Shown here one piece after another: positions 35,352-47,814 of a DNA stretch of 54,214 nucleotides. The stretch comes from Basidiobolus ranarum (Eukaryota): contig JASJQH010006888.1 in NCBI GenBank assembly GCA_040143965.1, positions 1 through 54,214 on the forward strand, written 5' to 3'. Position numbers and translations under genes: made by a program. How positions within the stretch are numbered: the stretch's first letter is position 1; each line of letters begins with the position of its first letter. Under the pieces are notes generated by a model. The model saw nothing but the letters and a program-made list of their open reading frames with translations. It was not told the origin of the DNA and did not search any database.

Positions 35352-37072
35352 TTATACACGAGTTTTGATTTTGACCATGTTGCTTGGTGATGACTGTATA
35401 TCAGGATGAGTGGCTTTGTTAGGGGTTTTGTTGAAGGAGCCTGGGTTCTTTTTGAGATTACGATTCATATCGGGGTTTGTGCGAGCTGACTGTGGGATGG
35501 AAGGATTGCTAATGGGGGCACGTGACCTCGTTGTTATAGGCCTACTTTGTACATTTGAGGGTTGAGGATTTGTGGAGTTGGATTGTGCGAGCGGAGTACG
35601 AGCTTTTTCATCTCCTTCTTCACACCCTAAAGCCTCTTTCAGTTGTGCTAGTATGCTGTATACAGCCTCACTACCGTTGGCATTTGACGAGGGTAAACCG
35701 TGATTTAGGGCTTTGATTTTGGAGGCTCTTTTATCGGTGAGATCCCATATTTGATTAATCAGCTCTTTAATTTGTCGCTCATCTACGTTGGTTTGTGTGC
35801 TGCTATCAGTGAGATCTGCAGGCTCCGTTTGACATCCAATCTCTTCGCTGTCAAAAGGCTCCTTGGATGAGTTGAGGATAGAGTCTTTATTATCATTTAG
35901 CTCATGCTCCTCCTCAATGTCACTCAGATTTCTAGATACCGAATCATATGATTCCTCTAGAGCACCATAGGACTCATCAAGATTTTCTTCTGGAGTATAT
36001 TATAAAGATATGTCAGATAATCAAGGAATTTCTGAATGCTTGGATAGGAATGGAAAAGTATAAAGAAATGTACCAGATTTAAATGTAGTCAGTACTTTGC
36101 CACCATTGACTTGGGTTTTGTATTCTAAAGATCTTTTGGCATCGGAGATTAGAGAGTCTACCATAGAGCAGACACGAGCAAATCCTTGATCGTTGGCAAG
36201 GTCAATGTTGTTATCATCTTCTTCATCTGACGACAAAGTGATATCCTAAAATTAGATACATGTTAATATCTGATAAAGAATCGGGGATTTAACAATACTA
36301 CCTCCCAGTTCGGTAGAGGAATGTCGTGTGGTGCAAGATCCTGTGATCCACCTCTATAGATGACAGAATATGAATGTTAACCATCTGAGTGGTAACGGTA
36401 GCCGTAATATATACGTAAAATAGCTCCTACCTGGTGCCATTCTTCTCCAACTGTTCAATATGCGCAGTCTGCTTTTTTATCGTAGATTCAAGTGAAGCGT
36501 TGATAGACAAGAGTGAATTATTGGAAATCTCCAAGTCCATAATCTTAAGAAAGTAAATATGAGAGACTGCGAGATATATATGTATTCAACAGGTAAAGTC
36601 AAAAAACCTTTCGATTTGTACGGGCCTCTTTAGCCTCAAGATCCTCAGATTGCCCTCTATGCGGGATAGAAGAATAGCGAGACATGGACAGAGGACGAGC
36701 TCGTCTGTTGACATCCGTTTTGACACTCAGAACGCTGGCTTTATTGCTAGAGTCTGAGGAATCAGAGCCAAAACCATCATCAGACCTAGTTTTATTTGGA
36801 CTAGAAGAATAAAATCCTAACTCGGATTTTGCGTATCCTGCAGGAGGAAACTTCCTTGATGTTGGACTAAACAAACCATCATCACCAGGACGTAAAATTA
36901 TGGGACCATTTTTAGGTAGTCGACCAGGTGTATTTAAAGTAACTCGGGCAGTTGGTTGATCTTCCATAAGATTCCGTACTTTAGAAGGAGTAGAAGTAGC
37001 TTGAGGGGGTTTGGTGCCCTTTAAATTAGGAAAGCCTTGCATGCTTGTCATGATGCTCGAATCTTTTCCCAT
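35352..37072 (-). CDS. Uncharacterised fungal coiled-coil protein, multi-exon
   Basis: Spliced EAKEARTNRK|IMDLEISNNSLLSINASLESTIKKQTAHIEQLE (conserved-looking coiled coil) and FARVCSMVDSLISDAKRSLEY. The last exon is open from ~35990 to TAA at 35352. Confidence 0.75.
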
Positions 37073-38180
37073 ACGATTATACTCAGGCGACTTGGTAAAT
37101 AGCAAAAGGATTCGAGTTGTAAAGTACTAAATGAATGTATGTAATTTGGTGGTTTACAATAATTCACCACTGAATAAAGAAATTAACTAAATAAAGTTAT
37201 AAAATACAACTACGAACGATATTCAATCAGAATATCGAACAAATAGGAACAAGATAAACAACAGACTTTTCCGTTATAAAATAGGTGGAAAAGGAGGCTA
37301 CACTGGGGCGAAGGTTGTGAAGGGAAGTAAAAGGGGAAAATGATAACACAAATTCCGAAATTATCAAATTAAACTCAAGCCAAATACGAGACAGAATACA
37401 TTATGAGCTGGAGCTTAAAATATAAAGTAATCATAAACACGAATTCAGGCTTGTCCCAAATTCAAGCAGACTAATTTTAAGAATACCTTGGCTCTTAAAT
37501 CGGTCGTTTATTATGTTTATATTGTTGTCGACTGTGGCCAGACATATCATTATATGTTTACAAGGAAAGTCTAATTCATAAATCTTAACAATTAAGTGCT
37601 AACAATGGATCTATGCAAACTTGATTAGCTGTTAGCAGTATTGAGTACCTGCTGTTTAATATATATGCGTGGTTGTGGTTGTGGATGTGTGTGTGACTTC
37701 ACCAAATTACCTACAAATTACCCACAAATGACACCCTGGAAGTCAATCTAGATCATTCGGAGAATATAGGTTCCCGCTAAGGTTTCACGCAGTTCAATAG
37801 TTCTTGCACAAATCTTCAATGGATGTATTGTGAACTGCGACTTGGTAACTTCTAGAGTGGTATTTATAAACAAAATTAAAGGTCAGGGTGTATGCTAACT
37901 GATCATGTGATTCGTGTATTTCTATTTAATGTAAATGGCTCTACAATGGAAGTTTGTACGATATTACAACTAAATCAACTTAATCCTACCAAAATTCAAT
38001 TACTTGTTTATCAGAGTGCATAAGTCAGCCATTTAGATGATTTTATTTAAACTACATTCAAAGTCATGTATCATTTTTGTTCAGTACAAATTAAACTATT
38101 GCATCTGGCAAATGACGCCCGCATAATATTTAAACCACCAGAAGGTGTTTTGAAACTCCTCGCAACTTGGTACCACTTCA

Positions 38181-41102
38181 ATGCAGGTAAATCAACAGCA
38201 AGCCATTTCTTCCGAAGATTGGAGAGCTACGTTTCCTTCAGATGAGCGCGCAAAGCTGGTTAAGAATCTGTAAGTCAATATACGCAGTGCGATTACTTTG
38301 GCGAACATTTTTTGATTCGATCTAATCACTTTCACCTACTTTTTGATTCTCATAAAATCATTTAGTGCTATGCATTTGAAAATGCTCTCCCCAAATCTCC
38401 CACAAGAGCAAATTATTAAAGTAGCAACTACTTTTGAGGCGTTCATTTTCACTAAGATGGCAACCAAGGTTATTATTTTTTTCTGTACATTCCAGATAAG
38501 AAATGTCTCTTACTTCTCCAATATATTTTATCCTACCGTTGCAGCAAGACTATCTGAGAGCATATGGGAAAAAATTTTATCAGATAAAATCTCAGATTCA
38601 AGCTGCGCAAGGTCGGTATTTCCCCCCTTTGTATTTAAAGAAAGCAAAATCTCAAACTGATATCTTAATCTGTTCAGCTAATAATGGAAATGGTGGAGCT
38701 CAGATGGCTACTAGTGATGGTGGTATGTAATTTTCACCGATCTGTAGTAACCATTATATTTATTGAGAATTTTCGTAGTCAATTCAAACAGTGGCAACGA
38801 TTACACCAACTCACCACAAGTATCGCATACTGGCTTACCAAACCAAACTTCTCCTCAACAACAACAAGCAACACTTCAAAATCAAGCGCAAGTTGCTTCT
38901 CCACAGGCGAGTGCTCAACAGAATTTACAAGGACTTGTCAATCAACAAGCTCAGTTGAATATGCAAGCACATACATCTCCACAACAAGCTCAAGCCAACC
39001 TTCAATCACCACGCGTGAATCTTATGAATTTGAACGCTGGCGGTGGTTTACCACAACAGGCCAGACCACAGGTGAATGCTCAAGGAAGACCTTTACAAGC
39101 AAACACTGCTAGTGATATGGCTCGAAAACACGCGTTGGCCTCGATGTTGAAAAACATAAATCCCAGCAATTTATCACCTGCTCAAATTGCTATATTAAAG
39201 CAGCGTTTAGCTGCTGGTCAATTCAATCCGACTGGACAAGCATCACAAACTCAAATCCCAGGCACTGGACAAAATCCTGTAAACATTGCCGCAGATAATA
39301 ATATTTTACAACAAGCACAAGCAGCGCAAGCGGCTCAGGCAGCACAGCAAAATCAACAACAATCCCCTCAATTAACTCGCTTAGGGCAGATGGCAATGCT
39401 TAATCCACAAGTTATGTTACAGAAACAGATGTTGCAAAGACAGCAAAAGCAGCATATTCAACAGCAACTTCAACAACAAGCACAGCAACAACATCTTCAG
39501 CAACAAGCACAACAACTCCAGCAATCGGTTAATCAATCTCAAGCAAGACCTCAAAATTCTCAAATGCCCCTCGGAGCCCGTCCTTCGAATATAAATCAAC
39601 AATCTGACTCCAGAGCTCAAAATATTATCGATGTATCAAGCTCACCCAATATACCAGCAGTTGAAGTTGGAGGAGGAGCAAAACCGATGACACCGTTACA
39701 GCACGGCGCTGCGGTTAATACTGTGGCCGGTATTAGCAGACAGCTATTAGCAGGGAGAGGTTAGTAATATTTCTAGTTTGCCATCCTGCCACTTTTGCTA
39801 AATCATCACCTCTTATTCAGTAAAAACTTCGCCAATAGAGGGATTAACTGATGAAGAGAAACGGCAGATCCGTGAGCAGGTAATTCAATGTTGTAGAGTC
39901 TTACAAAGTCGAAGACTTCCCAAGTATTTTACGTGTATATTGATCAGTTTGAATTTTACATTTAGATGGAACAAATGACACCTATGTTTCAGAAATTAGA
40001 CCAACTTTTGCCTCTGTTCTTCCATCTCACCTCAAGCCCGGAGGCGACAAAAAGATTAATGATGATGGTAGATTTGTCTAGTACTTCATGTATATCTTCT
40101 TGATATTAAATTTGAAATCGCAGAAATTACTATTTCAAGATCAACTTGATGCACTGCCCAAAGGACAATATGTCATATCTCCAACCAACCTTAAAAAACT
40201 TCGAGAACAATTTCAACGATACTTTATGTTTGTACGTACGCAAATGGCTGCTGCAAGCAATGCACCTCAAACTAATGCTCAGTCACTGGGTACCAATCCA
40301 GCTATTCCTGGGCAGAATGCTAGGCCTCAAGTATGCATCTAGCGCTTTTCTAATATTAACTATCTTATCGCTAATACTGTATTTCAATATCAGGCCACCC
40401 AACCTACAGCCCCGATCGCAATCAATAATGCTGACTCTTCAGCCGCCCAATCTGATCCCAACTCTTTGAAGCATCCTCTAACTACGGCTGACTTGAGACT
40501 ACCTCCTACCAAGCGTAAGTCACCTCAAATACCATCCGGAGCCTTTCCCGGTACTCAAGGTGCTGGTTCAGTTAGACCTCAAGGGCCCAACGATATTGCT
40601 ATGCGTCCAGATTTACAAGGGAAAACCCCACAAGCCATTGCTATGGCTCAGCAACGACAACAACTCCAAAGATTACAGCAACAACAAAAGATTCTGCAAG
40701 CTCAAAAGATGCAACAAGGACAAATGCAATCTTCGTTAGCTCTGCAGAATGCAACTAATGTACAAAAAGAAGCTCAAGAGGAACCAGCTCCAGTTGAAAT
40801 TGATCCTTTAAATTATGTAACAAGTATATTAGATAATTTAAAATCAGGTAGAATACAAGTCCCACATCTCATCATCACTATTTATGTATTAACCGCCTTT
40901 TTTCGGTGAAGATTCGGAGTTCCCTCATATCATCAAAAACGCACTTTCATCTGTAGTTGCACGCCGATCTGGCATGGATTTGTTTGATCCATATATTGGT
41001 GGATGGTCAGAAGAACGTAGCAAACCGGATACTGACTCTAAAGATGTTGATGAAAAATACTCACAAATATCATCGACCTGGACTAAGACACTGAGCGTTT
41101 GA
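38181..41102 (+). CDS. MED15: Mediator subunit Med15-like (N-terminal KIX domain, Q-rich), multi-exon
   Basis: KIX-like EDWRATFPSDERAKLVKNL|AMHLK...IIKVATTFEAFIFTKMATK|QDYLRAYGKKF, long poly-Q tracts and DLRLPPTKRK. The last exon ends at TGA 41100-41102. Confidence 0.7.
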
Positions 41103-41898
41103 GTTACAGATATGTCCTTCGTTCAAATCTACCCAAGACTCGTATGAGATAAAGAAGTAAAAGGTAGGCCTACCTCCTTTGCATCATTTTACTTCCTATA
41201 GACTTTAATCTCTTTCTCCAAGAGCTTCTTGAATGTTGTGAACTAGCCACTATATATAAATATCTATGTAGACGTGATTTACATGGTATAGGTGTACTTA
41301 ATAAAAAAACCGATTGTATTTGTATAACATATTGAGCCACTATCTCTCTCCGCTTCATCAGATGCTATCTTTAGCATCAAGAGAGAAAGGTCTACGCGAT
41401 CGATATGATTTCAATCTTTGTTGTTTGCCAATTCGAAGTATTACGTTACCTCAATCATTAACCAAAAACACGTTGAAACTGGTTCTATAGAATACAAAGA
41501 CATGATATTAACTTAGTTGCAACTTTACTGCCTCAATAGGGATATGACGATGTCATTTTTTGGTCGGCAAATCATGTATTCACCAAAACAAGAAAAACCA
41601 TATTTACTTTTTGAAAATCTATATGACGCGAAATGGTTAAAAATGTCCATGAAATCATAAATGTTCGGATTGCACTAGAAGAACGTTTTCATCAACGACT
41701 ACTTTGGAATGTGAGTGTAGACACCAGGGACTATTTTGGAAAGGCAGATTGAGGGTGGAGTTTGATGAATCATAGTTCGTTGCTGCTTTTACCGAAACCT
41801 AAAATTCCTGATTAATTCGGATTAGGCCCATGGAAATCGCTAGTTATTTAAATGAATAATTTCTCTCCACACAAAGTTCCACTTCTAAATCTTTATCC

Positions 41899-42496
41899 AT
41901 GTCGAGCTTCCAGAATCACTGCTTCATGTTCAGTGTACTTCTCACCATTGGAATACTATATTGTATATCCATTGGGCTGAGCATCGGCATCAGTACAACC
42001 CAGTCACAAGAGGGTAATTATTTGTTAGTGAAACCTCGTTCAGCGTTGATGTTAACCATTCCAATTAACAGGTTCAGGTTATACACCAGGTCTGATAGTG
42101 ATTATGGTTGTCTCTATAATCGGAGCTTTGATTATCTTTGGAGGACTTGTAAGATATACATATAAGAGCTGTCACTTGCATAGAAGAAATTCTCAGTACC
42201 AACGCCGCACTATCGAAGCTTTGAATTCGGCTGTATTGAATCCTTGCGATATGTCACAATTCAGAGAACCCATTCCAGCATACAGCCCACCAGGAAGTGT
42301 ACCAATTCTTTCCAATAGATTGGTACAAGCAATTACAAATAATGCTTATAGACGGGGACTCTCACCAATTCACCTTGAATCAGGTTCAAGAACTACCATA
42401 CCACCGCCGCAATTGTATCCTGATGATCATTGGATTCAGACACCTCCGCCCATTTACGAAAGAACACATTATTTCGAATGTACGTCGCAATCATGA
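41899..42496 (+). CDS. Small membrane protein with cytosolic PY-like motifs
   Basis: Hydrophobic N-terminus, an intron at ~42013-42071, a TM segment LIVIMVVSIIGALIIFGGLV, and a tail with IPAYSPP and TPPPIYE. Confidence 0.65.
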
Positions 42497-42980
42497 TTGT
42501 TAGATTAATTTTAGATCGATCAATATTCGACATAATGAGATAGTTGTATATACTTGACTAATAAACCTATTTCTAAACTAAATTGAACGCAAAATTAAGC
42601 TAGTGCCTTCACTGTATATTCTTATTAGTGGAATCAAGATAAATCTAACTCAATCCCATTACACTGCTCATTTATATTGAAGAAACATATAATCAAATAT
42701 ATATTTTTATTTTGTCAAAGGTTTCCTGATCTCTAGTGATTAAGAGGTGCGATACAATATAATGTGAAGATCCACATTTCCTTATTGAGCTTGTTAGGAG
42801 AAAGAAAATGGGAGGTTTCATTATGAATAAACGGTCTATTTAAGAGAAACAAATAATATAAAGGCGTGGTAATGATCCTTTCTTGCCGCTAACGAAAGAA
42901 CATCTTAATAGGGTGAGAATTCTAAGCTACATGAGTGAAGTGGCAGGGGAGAATGAACACGATAAGGAGAGAACTGGCTC

Positions 42981-44808
42981 TTAAGCCACAGGATAATGTC
43001 CCAAACGATACAATAACACCTTGCCCTTGTCGTTACCAACAGCCAAGTAGCCACTCTCTGGAGAGAAGTCAAACGTGTTCACGTAGCTAAGTGGAGTGCC
43101 GTGAGTTGGCCAGTTGTTAAACACTGTCAATGTAGGCATGTGAATTAGACGGAATTGATCTTTCTTAACGCGACTGGAAATGGCCAATATTTGTGAATCG
43201 TGGTTGAATTTCATTCCAGTGACATTAGTGGTCAAGTTCATGATTGACTTCACCGGTTGTGGAGCGTTTTCACCTTGAAGATTGGCCGATTCGTAGATAT
43301 TCACAACACCAGACTGAGAACTAAGAAAAATGAGAGGTTAGTTTGATGGGCCATCGACGTTAAAAAGACATTCAGAAACTTACCCGCAAGCGACGTATCC
43401 AGTGGATGCAGAAATGATACTTGGTCGGTAACCTCCATAGTCAGGGAACTTTCTTGTGCAACGCATGGTCTTCATGTCCCATTGATAGATCTCAGTGTCA
43501 GTACCAATGGAATAGAGGTAACGACCGTCGGCTGACCAATCAATGGATCTCACTTGACCGTTCATCTTCAAGTTGGCTACCCACTGCTTAGTCCTCTGGG
43601 ACACCAACACGATGTATCCCTCACGTCCTTGGAAAGCGATAAATTCGCCATCTGGAGAGATCTTGAATTTCTCCAAAGATTTCTCTTCACGTCCTCTAAT
43701 TCCAGAGATCTTGGTGATCTGTCCAGCCTCAACATCATATGAATAAAAGTATTTACGTCTTCCGGAGAGCAAGATTTGGTTGCCCTCTGGAGTGAAGCCT
43801 GCTTGATGAATAGGTAAATCTTTGAAGTGAACAGATTGAATCTTGTTATTGATTTTGCCGTCAATCTGGAAGAGTCGAAGGGTCTTGTCAAATCCGGCAG
43901 TAAGAAGAACCTGGGCGTTGGGATGGAACTCGACTGACTGGATGACACTCTATTAAGGTAAAAAGTAAAGCTTGATCAAAAGCTATTCGAGTAGACACAG
44001 GTGCATGGATTTCTTACTTGTGAATATCCTTTTTGATTGGCATTACGAAGGCGAGTGATTTCGAGAGCATCGCCAGGTAATACCTGAGTTCTTTGCTTCT
44101 TCAAAAAGCCACTGGTGCTACGGAGAACTTGAAGATCATCATCTTCATCCTCGCTATCTCGAATATCACTATCGGCCCAAGAAGGAGTAGGGTGGATTTT
44201 CTCAAATCTTGATAAAGAGTCATTTGTGAGCTCTTATGGGCAAAAAACGTTTAACTATATACGATAAAACTTACTGTTGGCGAAGTCTTTGCTCGTATTC
44301 CTTTCCAGTCAATATATCTTCCTCCTCAGTAGTTCTTAGTTTACGTAAGGTTCTCTTGCTAGCGACTGAGATTTCAAGTTCTTCATCATCTTCGTCTTCC
44401 CAAGCAACTGAAGATTTGGTTTGCTTTGAAATTTCCTCCTCAGATTCCTCATCACTATCCTCCTGTTCCTCATGAACCGGTCCGCTATCCATGAAAAAGA
44501 GCTGAAGTAGACAAAAAGAAACCAGTATGGTTAGCTAACGTTTAATAAAAATATATTGAAGACAGTTGGTACTGTTAACCTACTTGATCACTTTCAATAG
44601 CTTCTACATTTACAGGTTCTTCGTTGGTTTCTTCCTCACTAGAGCTCTCAACATCGCTCAACTCGTGACCAGCATTCTTCCAAATATCTTCCTCACCTCC
44701 AAATACTAAAGCCTCAAGTTCCAATTCCTCTCTTTCTTTCACTCTTTTCTCCTTCTTCGCAGGACTCTCGCTGGCCAGGCCACGTTTTCTCGACACTTCA
44801 GCACTCAT
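42981..44808 (-). CDS. UTP18: U3 snoRNA-associated protein 18 (WD40), multi-exon
   Basis: Motifs ELELEALVFG, AWEDEDD, LRKLR..E.ED...GKEYEQRLRQQF, QSVEFHPNAQVLLTAGFDKTLRLFQIDGKIN, HMPTLTVFNNWPT..TPL and GYLAVGNDKGKVLLYRLGHY. Confidence 0.95.
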
Positions 44809-46071
44809 TTGTGAAGGGAAAAAAAATAGATAAACCACACTATACGTGAACTTATCGAAGAATATTGGGATTTCGTGACTTCAACCACTACACTAACAAA
44901 ATCATGAATTTTTTTTCTTTTCTTTTTTACTTGAAAAGATCCTCTCATGAAATTCAATTATTTTTTACATCATAACTTTATTTGATCTTCTCATCAAATT
45001 CTGGAAATAATCAAAAAAAATTTCTCTGATAATAACAATTCACTCTACTCGAATTTTTAAAAAATTTAACCCAGGTTTCAGAAAGAAAATATTCAACCAC
45101 TAGCAAATTGATGGGTCTCAAATATACAATACTTGGGACTCTCCTAACCCTAACCCTATCCAAAGATCATTCGCTAGTAATCAACTCTAAAGAGAGAATA
45201 ATGGCATGCCAAACGAATTACTTACTGATTGCAATAATGAGAACTTGTAGCATATATATTGGAAATATTAAAGAACCTCCCATATCTTTATCTTCGAAAT
45301 ATAATTCTAGTACACTAGTTTTCAGTATTTACAGCATAAGTAATTCATTATCTATGCAACAAATTAACTAGGTACATATTTCTTTCAATTCTGAATATCA
45401 CCTATTTCTGTCATCCATTCACAAGTATCTGGAATTATCTATTTTCAAAAAGTTGATAGTTCTTTTCTCTACACGGTACTCTCCAGTAGCGTAAATATCC
45501 AAACTATCATTAATATTTCTATGATTCTTTTGTAAATATATTACCACTAGTGCAAACAGGATTGGAAGCCATGGATGATGATTTATTATTGGATCAATTA
45601 CTTGTCTTAAAACTGGTTACGTTACCGAGTGCTCACTAATGCCGAAAATTTACTATAATCCCTACGTTCATGAACTTTTCCCTATATTATGAATATCAGG
45701 AGAGAGCAGAGAAATGGTTAGATACTTGCCTTTTTGTTACCAGCTGAACACTCAGATTATGAAATCTATTCGAGAGCTCATTCCTGATATCACTAGTCAA
45801 ATAGTGGTCATTTGGGTTAGATGCCATACAAATGTACTCACTGTCTCTAATGTTCAATTTGCTATGAAATTCGTACATGTGATGGAATAATAGTGCGAAA
45901 ATGATGAACTAAAAGTCATTTTGTCTAAGTTTTAGCAATTACAGGCTGTATAGAAAAGAATAAAACTTAGTAGAGTCTGAAGCTATACGTATGGTGATTG
46001 ACAAAGTATTTCGTATCCGAAAATGTTGTGGTTTCTTGTGTGATAATCAAATTTAAAGATCAATTGTGAAT

Positions 46072-46153
46072 GGTGAGATGGCCGAGTGGTCCAAGGCGCT
46101 GCGTTCAGGTCGCAGTCTCTCAGGAGGCGTGGGTTCGAACCCCACTCTCATCA
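46072..46153 (+). tRNA. tRNA-Leu(CAG), intronless, long variable arm
   Basis: Acceptor stem GGTGAGA/TCTCATC plus discriminator A, D-arm TGGCCGAGTGGTCCAAGGC, anticodon arm CTGCG-TTCAGGT-CGCAG and T-loop GGGTTCGAACCC. A TTTT Pol III terminator follows. Confidence 0.96.
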
Positions 46154-46840
46154 TTTTAATCCTTTTACTAGTTGTAAAGATGGAGCTCCTTTAATAGACA
46201 TTTTGCCATGTTTCACAAAAGGAAATTATAACTGGGTCCTTGGTTTTTGCTTCCTTTGCCAACTTTCGGATCTTCATTGTAGCTATTTATGGCCAACGTT
46301 TCGGAATGATTACGTGGTTAAATTCAGTTGTAACACTTGGATTAACAAATACATGGAGACCAAGGGTGAGAATACTTTTAAATGTTGAATCATTACCCAT
46401 ATTTGAGGTTCTCAGGCTTTTCTTCTGGATAGTTGCATTTCTATACTCCATTTTAGTAAATATTAATGAAAAAACGTACACAAAGTAAGGCACACAAAAG
46501 CCGTGAAGAAATTAACTCTACCGAGGGTATAAACATACCTGAGATTTTCTGCCAATGATTCCTGTTGTTCTACTCACTACTTGATGTAACAAATGAGATA
46601 AGCTTTTTTATGGTAAATTATTCTGCGACAGGCATGTTCCAGATGACGTGACACCGTTATCATTTCCATCACTACCATTGTCACACTTGGGAACACAGTC
46701 ACTGGCCCAGAATAACTGGATGCTCCATTGTCGTTGCTGGGGAAGGTCTACACACCATAATTAAAGAGTTTGCAGTTACTAATGAGGTAAAGGAAATGAT
46801 AAAAGGGAGTTCCATCAATAAACACTTAGCTGAGATAGCG

Positions 46841-47287
46841 GGGTTTGTCTCCGCTTCCAAGATACTGTGTCTTCCCTCCTGACTTGCCGCTATTAATGCA
46901 GCTGCATTAAATCCAAGGTTACAAGCAAGAGGCAATGGAGCGTACGACACAAAGGATCTCTTTAACGGCTGTGCTGGAGATGGAGGTGATGATGGTAATG
47001 GCGGTAATGGAGCTAGTGCTTATGACGCTGGAAAGGGTGGAAACGGCCGCAGTGATGGGGACGGTGGTGCCGGAAATGAAGGTGAAAACGGCAATGGCAA
47101 TGGCAGTAATGGCACTGGTGCTTATGATGCTGTAAAGGGTGCAAACAGCAACAGTGATGGAAACGGCGGTGCTGGTAATGGAGGTGATAACGGTAATGGC
47201 AACAGTGGTAGGGGAGCTGGTGCTTATGATGCTGGAAAAGGTGGAAACAGTAACGGCGGTGTAGCCAATATCGGTAACAGCAATTAG
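46841..47287 (+). pseudogene. Pseudogene of a secreted Gly/Asn-rich protein with 34-aa (102-bp) repeats, copy 1
   Basis: Reads FVSASKILCLPS*LAAINAAALNPRLQARGNGAYD...(GASAYDAGKGGNGRSDGDGGAGNEGENGNGNGSN)-type repeats. The AYDA Tyr codons are at 47021, 47123 and 47225. There is no in-frame ATG, and a TGA sits at 46880-46882. Confidence 0.75.
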
Positions 47288-47465
47288 TGATTATTGGGAA
47301 ATCGCTATTCCTACATCTAGGTATAGTGAGATGGTTTAATGGCCAAAGCGTGGTAAATTTAATCCTCCTTTGGCATTCTTGGTGTGCGTATATCAGCCTT
47401 TCTATCAGTCAGTGTTTTCTGGAATTTCTTTAATAGACACCAAATATGGATGTTCGAACTTGGTT

Positions 47466-47814
47466 CTACTGAGGATAGAAGTTGCTTCCTCGGTGGAATG
47501 GCATCATAGGCGCTAGTTTCGTTACCACTGATGCCATTGCCAATATCGCCACCATCTCTATTACTGTATCCACCATTTCCAGCATTACAAGCACTAGCTC
47601 CACCACCGTTGTTATCATTGCCTTATCAGAACCACTACCATTCTGACCCAGTATCATAAGTGTTGTCACCACTGTAGGCAACCCTGCCATTTGAGATGCT
47701 TATAACATCACATGCCGCTTTATCTCTTACTTCTTAATTTGGGCTTAGCATAGCTGCATTAATGACAACAAGTCCAGACTGATCGCATAATAGTTTAAGG
47801 GCAGAAAGCTTCAT
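47466..47814 (-). pseudogene. Pseudogene of the same Gly/Asn-rich secreted family, copy 2 (convergent with copy 1)
   Basis: MKLSALKLLCDQSGLVVINAAMLSPN*EVRDKAACD aligns codon-for-codon with the copy 1 N-terminus. It continues later as GNDNNGGGASACNAGNGGYSNRDGGDIGNGISGNETSAYDA. There is a TAA at 47734-47736 and at least one further disruption. Confidence 0.7.

Noticed and set aside
46086-46388. 100-aa ORF starting inside the tRNA
   Set aside because: It overlaps tRNA-Leu, has a non-ATG start and shows no protein features.
46935-47135. Met/Val-rich ORFs at 46935-47135 (+) and 47466-47690 (-)
   Set aside because: Alternative-frame readings of the Gly/Asn repeat pseudogenes.
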